Positions 53,910 to 61,600 of a stretch of DNA of 64,000 nt are shown here, in pieces. The DNA is from Candidatus Staskawiczbacteria bacterium (lineage in GTDB: Bacteria; Patescibacteriota; Minisyncoccia; Minisyncoccales; Staskawiczbacteraceae). The stretch is taken from the NCBI GenBank assembly GCA_023245155.1, contig JAHFKV010000001.1, positions 597,395 to 661,394 of the forward strand, in the 5' to 3' direction. A program made the translations under genes and the position numbers. Within the stretch, counting starts at the first letter, position 1; the number at the start of each line of letters is the position of its first letter. The notes under the pieces are model-generated. The model did no database searches and was not told the origin of the DNA. It saw only the letters and a program-made list of their open reading frames with translations.

Positions 53910-54497
53910 ATGACCGAAAAAGAAGTTATTGCAATGTTCAGGGAAGTCGGCGCAATCAAGAAGGGCCACTTTGTCCTCGCATCCGGTAGACACGCCAAAA
54001 CCCGCATTGAAAAAGTCCTGCTCTATCCGTACACCAAAAAAGTGGATCAACTGTGCTGGGAAATCGCCGAGTATTTTTCCAGGGATTACCCATGCATTGT
54101 CATCGCTCCGGCAACCGGTGGGATTATCCTTTCCCACTGCGTCGCTGACCACATGTCTCGCATGGCAAGCCGAACAGTGCTTAGTCTCTATGCGGAAAAG
54201 ACCAAGGGTGAAAATGGTTTTACGATCAACCCTGGTTATCGCGAGTTCATTAAGGGCAAGGACGTGCTTGTCTTAGAAGATATATTAACCACCGGCGGGT
54301 CTGTCAAAAAAGTTATCCGGCAGGTCCGACGATGGGGTGGCAAAGTCATTGGCGTAGGGGCCCTCTGGAACCGCGGAGGTATTACCGCCAAGGACTTGGG
54401 TGATGTGCCCAAACTCTTCAGCCTGGTGAACGTAACGTTAGAGACTTTCACCAGAGGGAAGTGCCAAAAGTGCAAAGCAAACCGCTCTAAAGTCTGA
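53910..54497 (+). CDS. type I phosphoribosyltransferase, orotate PRTase-like (GC-rich cassette G)
   Basis: KGHFVLASGRH...APATGGI...VLVLEDILTTGGS (PRPP-binding loop). 195 aa. SD-like GGAAGGGG lies 5 nt upstream. Confidence 0.65.
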   Translation: MTEKEVIAMFREVGAIKKGHFVLASGRHAKTRIEKVLLYPYTKKVDQLCWEIAEYFSRDYPCIVIAPATGGIILSHCVADHMSRMASRTVLSLYAEKTKGENGFTINPGYREFIKGKDVLVLEDILTTGGSVKKVIRQVRRWGGKVIGVGALWNRGGITAKDLGDVPKLFSLVNVTLETFTRGKCQKCKANRSKV

Positions 54498-54525
54498 AAA
54501 GCCACAGCTATTTATACAAAGTTCT

Positions 54526-54560
54526 AAAAGGTTTTCGTTTTTCGGACGAAAACCTTTTTT
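54526..54560 (+). terminator. cassette G terminator
   Basis: AAAAGGTTTTCGtttttcggaCGAAAACCTTTTTT. Confidence 0.8.
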
Positions 54561-54565
54561 CATAC

Positions 54566-54589
54566 AAAAAGCGCCAGAAGGCGCTTTTT
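54566..54589 (-). terminator. terminator of the surface operon (after the receiver gene)
   Basis: AAAAAGCGCCagaaGGCGCTTTTT (symmetric). Confidence 0.7.
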
Positions 54590-54590
54590 G

Positions 54591-54968
54591 TTATTTTCCC
54601 AATGCCTTTTTCACTTTTTCCACAATCATTTCGGGAGTGTACTGGGATTTAATCAAATAATCTGCCGCACCCATTTTTAACGCCCGGTTAATATCTTCTT
54701 TTTCATCTAAGTTAGAGGCAATAATCACGGGCGTCGCGGCCAGGGCGCGGTCTTCTTTTATCTTCGCCAATATTTCAAAACCGTCTAATGAGGGCAAAAG
54801 CATATCAAGCAGTACCAAGCTGGGCTTCTGTTCTTTCATTTTCGAAATACCTTCCTCCCCATTGGAAGCCATATAGACATCAAAGTCCTCAAATAATAAT
54901 TTTTTGGCAATCAAACCCCTGAAAAAATCGTCGTCTTCTATGATCAGAATTTTTTTTTGCATAACCAT
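54591..54968 (-). CDS. stand-alone response-regulator receiver (CheY-like)
   Basis: 125 aa. ILIIEDDD...LVLLDMLLP (phospho-Asp)...ASN...KMGAADYLIK. No output domain and no kinase in the window. Confidence 0.85.
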   Translation of the reverse strand: MVMQKKILIIEDDDFFRGLIAKKLLFEDFDVYMASNGEEGISKMKEQKPSLVLLDMLLPSLDGFEILAKIKEDRALAATPVIIASNLDEKEDINRALKMGAADYLIKSQYTPEMIVEKVKKALGK

Positions 54969-54984
54969 AATAATAAATAATATA

Positions 54985-56682
54985 TTAAATAATAAACTTC
55001 TGCTTGAGAATCCCCTTCTTTGAAATATTCAACACGGGCGAAGTATGCACCAACGCATATGAACCATTTTCCTGTTTTGCCTCTATTTTCACATAATACT
55101 TCCCGCTTGGCAAGAGGCAATAATACCTGCCGTATTTATCTGTAATCTTATAAGTAACTTCGCGGCCAGAATCAGCATCCATAATCCGTAGAATGGCGAA
55201 TGACAAGGGTACCCCAATTGATTTTTCAATAATAAACCCGTACGGTTTTGGCTTGAGTCCCAATACGCGGAGCAGTAGCAATATCAAGTAAAATGCCATG
55301 ATGATGCTGTTGTATGGATACGGAGCTGCCAAAAATGCGACGATGGCAACGAAGAATCCCACCACAAAAAACATATCGGTCATTTTAACGAACAGCCAAT
55401 TCCACTTTGAATAAAATTTCATCAAGTTTTTATTTTTCTTGGCAAATTCATTCCAGTCAAACCTTACCGGGTCTAATGGGATATTCTTAATGATAGCCTC
55501 TCCTGTAGTTTTTACCTCTATCGTTTCCCCAAAATATAAATTTTGGTAAATTTCGTCTTGGGTTTTTCCCGCCAGTTTCTGTGAAGGAAACACGTAATTG
55601 GTTTTATTGGCAACAAGCGTGTAGATACCTGAGGGCGCCAAGAATCCAAACCGGCCATCTAAATCAGTGATAGCAGAAGCCACATCCTTTCCTTGCAAGT
55701 CTCTTAATATCACATACGCAGGATCTAGGGGCTGTTTTGTTTGCGAGTCATATACCACGCCCCATGAAACTCGTTTCTTTTTCAAACCCAAACCGGCCAA
55801 CAAGACTACTAATAATCTTAACGGAATTAAAAATAATTCAAATAACGAAGATGGGGCGAAAACAATAACCGATACAGCTACCGCTGTTCCCGTAGCCGCT
55901 CCAACGGTGGATATTACTTTAGTCGTCTTGGATACAACCGGTATATTAACGATCTTTTTTACTTGGGTGGCTGTTGCCTGAACTTCATTACTTACGTTAT
56001 TGATAATCTGAGCGGGTATTAAAGGTGTTGGAGAACCACCTCCAGATGAACCACCGGGGTTTCCTCCGGGCCCAGGGCTTGGACTAGGACTTGGTCCAGG
56101 ACCCGGAGATGGCGTTGGAGTAGGTGTCGGAGGTGTTGGTGGCGGTACTGGTGGTGGTACCGGCGGCGGCACGGGAGGTGGAACAGGCGGTGGTGGCGGA
56201 GGAGGTGGAGGACCAGGAGGGGGGGGTGGAGGTGGCGGAGTTCCCCCGCCACCATGGCCACAGCCGATTGTAGGCCTCCAACCAGTAACAACACTACAAT
56301 TATTACAGACAAAGCTGATATTCCCCACTACGTCTCCTGTGGCAGTGCCATTAAATACTCCCGCACAGCTGATGGTCACCCCGCTAAAATTAATCCAACC
56401 AGCATTTTCTCCCCAGGCGTATCCCGAAAGAACTCCCGAAGTAGTATTGTGGACTCCGCCGGTGGTAGGGTTTAAATTGATCCAGCCATAAGCATCATTC
56501 CAAACATAACCGGTAAGAGCTGAATCCGTTACGGCAAAATTGCCAGTATTGGTGCCAAAATTAATCCAGCCAATGTGGTCTGACCAGGCATATTGGGAGG
56601 TAGCCATGACAACACCTACCCCAAAAACAGCGGAGGCAAAAACCACCATTAAAGTTATTAAAAATAAAGAGTACTTGTTCAT
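54985..56682 (-). CDS. signal-anchored GW-repeat / polyproline / multi-TM protein with two CarboxypepD_reg-like domains
   Basis: Three repeats (SDHIGWINF, DAYGWINL, ENAGWINF). A 58-aa Pro-rich linker, TM segments, and DLDGRFGFLAPSGIYTL and TDKYGRYYCLLPSGKYYV beta-sandwich motifs. Confidence 0.55.
   Translation of the reverse strand: MNKYSLFLITLMVVFASAVFGVGVVMATSQYAWSDHIGWINFGTNTGNFAVTDSALTGYVWNDAYGWINLNPTTGGVHNTTSGVLSGYAWGENAGWINFSGVTISCAGVFNGTATGDVVGNISFVCNNCSVVTGWRPTIGCGHGGGGTPPPPPPPPGPPPPPPPPPVPPPVPPPVPPPVPPPTPPTPTPTPSPGPGPSPSPSPGPGGNPGGSSGGGSPTPLIPAQIINNVSNEVQATATQVKKIVNIPVVSKTTKVISTVGAATGTAVAVSVIVFAPSSLFELFLIPLRLLVVLLAGLGLKKKRVSWGVVYDSQTKQPLDPAYVILRDLQGKDVASAITDLDGRFGFLAPSGIYTLVANKTNYVFPSQKLAGKTQDEIYQNLYFGETIEVKTTGEAIIKNIPLDPVRFDWNEFAKKNKNLMKFYSKWNWLFVKMTDMFFVVGFFVAIVAFLAAPYPYNSIIMAFYLILLLLRVLGLKPKPYGFIIEKSIGVPLSFAILRIMDADSGREVTYKITDKYGRYYCLLPSGKYYVKIEAKQENGSYALVHTSPVLNISKKGILKQKFII
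56219..56226 (-). repeat. C8 (coding strand) homopolymer within the polyproline tract
   Basis: The plus strand shows eight consecutive G at 56219-56226. Confidence 0.9.
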
Positions 56683-58625
56683 TTTGGAGATGCCTTCCCA
56701 GCTTTTATATTGTCTATGATTTTTGGGATTTGTTGCTGTTTGGCATACTCAGGGGCTATATCCAGCATCCGCTGGAAATATTCTAAAGCTTTATCGGGAT
56801 TTTTACTTTGGTAATATGCTATTCCCAATTGAAACAGCAAATAAGGGTTTTTCGGGTTCAGTTCAATAGCTTTTTGGTATGCTTGTAGAACGCAATCGGG
56901 TGCGGAAGGAAAAAGCCCCACCAAATTCTGGCAAAGGTAACCACGGGTTGACCAATTCTCGTAATTTTTAGGGTTAAAAGCGACAGCGGAATTTGAGGCT
57001 CCCACGGCATCATTGATTAAATTCTGAATCGCTTGTTTTGCATTTGGATCTGTGACATGTGCGGAAGCTGCTTTACCCTGCAGGGCCACCAATGAGAAAA
57101 GCGAAAGTTGGTTAAAATACATATCTGAAGTATTGCTACTGGCCGCTTTTTTTATATAGGCCAGCGACTCATCCTGCTTGCCTTGGCTAAAAAGCGTAAT
57201 GCCTTTTTGATAATTCACGTTGGCAACATATCGCTGGCTTTCTAGAAATACGATCGATGCGTTACATAGGCCGGCCAGTACAAAAACGAATATGATAGCA
57301 ATGGTCGCCAACGAAGAAGGCTTAAGCGTATACGTTTTACCAGTTTTAAATACTAATACTACCAGCAAGGCTACGGTAAAAAAGTATAAAAAATCTAGTG
57401 ATATATTTGAACTGTGAAAAAAATAACCGAAGCCCTGTGAGACCAATACTGCCGCCAAACCCAGGATAAGATGCATTTTATCCGTTCCTTTTTCGTAAAA
57501 AAGATATTTAACCGCATAGAAAATAGGGAGCAACAGAACTGCCAAAAGCGCCAATAAACCGGCAACACCAACTTCGGCAATGGCGGTTAGTATTTTTGAG
57601 GAGCCTGCGTTAAAATTTAAATCCCAGAGTGAAGTCTGGTTAAAATCTGCATTCTTGTATTTTGAAAAGTCATAAGAGAAAGTTGCAGGGCCAGATCCAA
57701 CAACCCCCGAAGATTTCAATGTTTGAAGACCGATTTCCATGGTTGATTTGTTTGATAACGAAACTTCCAGGGAACTTTTGGGCAACCATGCAATTTGCGG
57801 ATTAAAAAGAATAAAAAATAATGATACTACGGCAAAAAAGATCGGCACCCCCATCCAGCGGACATCAAACAAGTCTCTGCGCAAAGCTCCCAATAGCATA
57901 ACCGCAATGCATCCTGCCAAACATATCAGCCAGACAAAATAATAATTTATCAACAATAACGTAATCAGCACCAAGACAAGATCCAATAAAAACAATGCCC
58001 TCCACCATTTTTTAGATAATACAGAAAGCATCAAAAATAGCGGCAACAACGATGCGGCGAAAAACCCGAAATCTCCCAAAGAACCAATCGTGTTCACACC
58101 ATGCCAGCCTGTGATCTGCGCGAGGCCAAGTAAAAATACCAACGTAGCTGATATGGCTACTACCCGCAACGATATCTTAATTTCTTTTTCCCCAAACGTA
58201 GTACTGGTTAAAAAATAGAAAATGGCAAATGCCAACAAGGAGACAAAAGCAGGAGAGACAAATTGCCCGGCCCCCCAAAAGCTGGTAGTGGGCCAAACTG
58301 AAAAAAGAGTTGAAAGTAAAAATACCAGTAGTAAAACCAAAATCACAACATGAATTTTATTCAATCTGACACTGAATTTTCCCGACACTAAGGTTTTTAA
58401 TATCCAGGCAACCAGGCCTATGAATGAACAAGCTATTAATAATGCTTGCTTGTTAAAGTCACCCACGTCATAGGTCCATGGCGCAAAAAAAAGAGGGATA
58501 GAAAAGACTAAAAGATAGATACTAAACTTTAATACCCATTCGCAATAGGTGACTATGATTGAATTTTCTTTTGATAAAGTTTTTTCCCTCATGGACAAAA
58601 AAATAATTAATACCTCATTATACAC
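56679..58625 (-). CDS. O-antigen ligase / Wzy_C-like polytopic membrane protein with C-terminal TPR repeats
   Basis: 648 aa with at least 10 TMs. An extracytoplasmic loop with VVGSGPATF, and C-terminal AYQKAIELNPKNPYLLFQLGIAYYQSKNPDKALEYFQRML TPR motifs. ATGA overlap with the downstream gene. Confidence 0.6.
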   Translation of the reverse strand: MYNEVLIIFLSMREKTLSKENSIIVTYCEWVLKFSIYLLVFSIPLFFAPWTYDVGDFNKQALLIACSFIGLVAWILKTLVSGKFSVRLNKIHVVILVLLLVFLLSTLFSVWPTTSFWGAGQFVSPAFVSLLAFAIFYFLTSTTFGEKEIKISLRVVAISATLVFLLGLAQITGWHGVNTIGSLGDFGFFAASLLPLFLMLSVLSKKWWRALFLLDLVLVLITLLLINYYFVWLICLAGCIAVMLLGALRRDLFDVRWMGVPIFFAVVSLFFILFNPQIAWLPKSSLEVSLSNKSTMEIGLQTLKSSGVVGSGPATFSYDFSKYKNADFNQTSLWDLNFNAGSSKILTAIAEVGVAGLLALLAVLLLPIFYAVKYLFYEKGTDKMHLILGLAAVLVSQGFGYFFHSSNISLDFLYFFTVALLVVLVFKTGKTYTLKPSSLATIAIIFVFVLAGLCNASIVFLESQRYVANVNYQKGITLFSQGKQDESLAYIKKAASSNTSDMYFNQLSLFSLVALQGKAASAHVTDPNAKQAIQNLINDAVGASNSAVAFNPKNYENWSTRGYLCQNLVGLFPSAPDCVLQAYQKAIELNPKNPYLLFQLGIAYYQSKNPDKALEYFQRMLDIAPEYAKQQQIPKIIDNIKAGKASPK

Positions 58626-58626
58626 C

Positions 58627-61600
58627 CTACTTCGCCACCCCGCTACCCTTCACCTTCCCCAACCCTTTGATGGTGAGCGTGGGATTGGTGGTGCCACTGC
58701 TTAGGTTCAGGGTGTACGTGACACTGTGGGTGGTGCCACTGGTATCTTGATTGCCCCACACATCTTGGCAGGCAAAGTAAATGGTTTTGGAACCGTTGCT
58801 TCCCAGGCTGGGCATGGTACAACTGCCGGCAGTGGAACCATCCCCCGTGCAATCAGCTCCGGACATGGCAGCGTAACTGGCATTGGTGGTTGAGGCTTTG
58901 CAGTCTCCGGCTTCGTCCAAGTTAAAGGTAATATTGGGGGTGGCGGTTTTAATGGTACTGGTGGTGGCTGGATTAAATCCTGATGGGACCGGAGGAGTGG
59001 CGTCGGGGGTGTTGATGGCCGGGGTGACTGAATAGGTATCCAGGGCAGTTCCGGAGTTAGTGATTCTGAATGAGTAGGAGTGGCCGGAGGCAGTTGATTG
59101 GAGGATTAATGAGTACTCGTCTTCGGTATAATTTCCGTTGGTGAGTGAAAGGCTAGAAGTGTCAGAACTGGTGTCTTTACCTTGGCCAGCTTGGAAGGTT
59201 CCCACGGCGGTTAGGCGCGTAGTGGTGGCGGCGCCATCAGTAAAATTAGAGGAGTCAGACAGACGGACATTGTTACTGTTGGTGGTAATTTGGGTCCAAC
59301 TGCCCGAATCTTCTTTAAACTCCAGACGGCGGGTGATGCTGCCAGCTCCCGTGCCGGTGTTAGCGGTTTCAATTCTTAAGCGGAAGGTGGTACTGACACC
59401 CACGTTGTAGTTAGTATCTTGGGCGGCCAGAGGGTTGGCAGTGTTGAGACCGGCGGGAACGGTGTTGTCACTGTAGAAGCGGAAGTGCTCTTGGTTGTAG
59501 GTGGGGGTGCCAAAAATCCAACCTGAATTATCGGAAACATTGGTTGAGTTGACCCCGGCGTTCCAGGTGGCGCCTCCGGTAGCGTTGGAATCTTGGATTG
59601 ACATGTAATCGCAGTCAACAGTGCCACTGGCTTTAGAAAGGGTATGCTGGGTTCCGCCCGAAGATGAATTTAAGGTAATGACGTTTCCCGAAGATCCAGA
59701 GCAAGTAAAGGTTCCACTAAAGGTAGTGGTGGTGGAGGCGGGGAAGGTAATAGTTTTGGGAGCGTTGACGGTAAAGTTGCCAAAGGTATTGGCTCCGGTG
59801 AAAATGACGGCTCCCGTACCTGAACCGGTAATAGTCAAAATGTTGTAGGTTTTACCCCCTCCGGCAAAAGTCTTGCTGGTTGAAGATGTGTCAGAGATGG
59901 TGATAGTGGAAGTGTTTTGGTTTAGCGTTAAACCGGTGGTAGTGGCCGTGGTCCAAACAGTTCCCGTACCATTTAACGTCCATGTGCCCGAACCCATGGT
60001 GATGGTGCGGGTGTTAGAGTTGGAGGAGGAAAAATTTGCCACGGTCACGTTTTTATTATTAGCGTTGAGGGTGCCTTGAGTGAGGGTTAACGTGTTGGTT
60101 GCAGTGAGGTTATCTGAAAGAGCATATCCTACCCCAGAACCATTTTCAGTAAGATTGTAAAAAGAAGAACCGCCTGAAGTAAGATCCCCAGTACCTGAAG
60201 CAGAAGTTCTAGTAATGGTAACAGTTCCCGATCTGGCCGTAAAAGTACCACCAGCGTTCGTCCAGTCATTCCCTACTGATATGGCATAATTAGAACCAGA
60301 TTTTACATCCAACGTTCCACTAGATATTAAAAGATTATTGGATATCGTTAGCGCGTCTTGAAGGGTATATGTACCAGCGCCAGCATTGAGATTAATGTTA
60401 TAAAAACTTGAGCTACCACTGGTGATAGTTTGACTGCCAGATCCCAAGAATATAACAGTGCCACTACGAGCGGTGAATGTGCCGGAATTGAAGTAGTTAC
60501 CGGTTACATCAACATTATAGTTTGAACCAGATTTTACATCTAATGTTCCTGCAGTGATAGTGAGGTTATTGTCTGTGTAGAGAGTATTTTGGAGAGTGTA
60601 AGTCCCACCCGAAGCATTGATAGTAAGATTGTAGAAGTGATCTGGAGATAAAGTAATAGTTTGAGAACCAGTGCCAGTTAAAGTAACTGTACCTAATCGG
60701 GCACTAAAGTTTCCAGCGCTAGACCAGTTGCCGCCGACGCTGATGGCATAGTTACTTCCGCTTTTAGTATCTAGTGTGCCAGCGGTGATGGTTAAAGTAT
60801 TGGTTGTGGTTAAGGCATCTTGCAAGGTGTAGGTACCACCACTGCCGTTGATGGTGAGGGCGTAAAGCGAACTGCTGTTGGTGGTAACGGTCTGAGTGCT
60901 CGTGCCAGTAAGGGTTAGAGTTTCCGTGCCTTTGGTATATGTACCAGCGTTGGTGAAGTTACCACCCACACTGACGTTGCCGCCGGGGGCGTAAGTGTTT
61001 GAGGTGGGAATGTATAACGATTTGCCGGCTGCAACGGTGAGGGCGCCTCCCGAAACCGAGTAAATGGCGGAGATATCTGAGTCGGCGTTGTTGTCGGCAG
61101 TATCTAAGTTGGTATTAGTGAGTGAGCCGGAGTTGTCTTGGCGGGTGATGAGGTCGTTTTGGTAGAGGTTGATACTGGTCATATTGGAGCCCGCGGTGAC
61201 GGTGACGGTTACCGCTTTTTCGGTGGCACCATCCAAGTAAAGGGTAAGCACATCACCAGCGGTGACCGTAATACTGCTAATGGTGTACGTACCATTGCTG
61301 GCGGTAGTGGTATTGCCAGCGGCTGCCGCTCCATTAACGGAAACAGATACCGTTCTTCCTGACCCCATGGTAGTGGTTCCTTCATCTGTGTAGACGGTGC
61401 CAGCAATAGAAATAACTGCTGGCGCAGCGGTAAATGTCCAACCGCTACCGGCGGTTGAAGTGGCTTGATTATTGGTGCTGTGGGTACCGGCGTACCAAGT
61501 GGAACTTGGAGTTGCTACCGAGTGTTGAATACTTAAATAATCACGGTCAATGGTTCCACCGCCGGCTTTGACAAGGGCGTGGGTGGAGGTGGAGGCGGAG

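Noticed and set aside
53555-54152. Minus-strand ORFs 53555..53782 and 53844..54152
   Set aside because: The first runs antisense through rpmB and tRNA-Pro. The second is antisense to the 5' part of the PRTase gene, which has clear catalytic motifs.
8990-54560. Interpreting the GC-rich cassettes as integron cassettes, MITEs or IS remnants
   Set aside because: I found no attC-like imperfect palindromes, no integrase or transposase, no terminal inverted repeats and no target-site duplications. The cassettes are dispersed, carry their own promoters and have mixed orientation.
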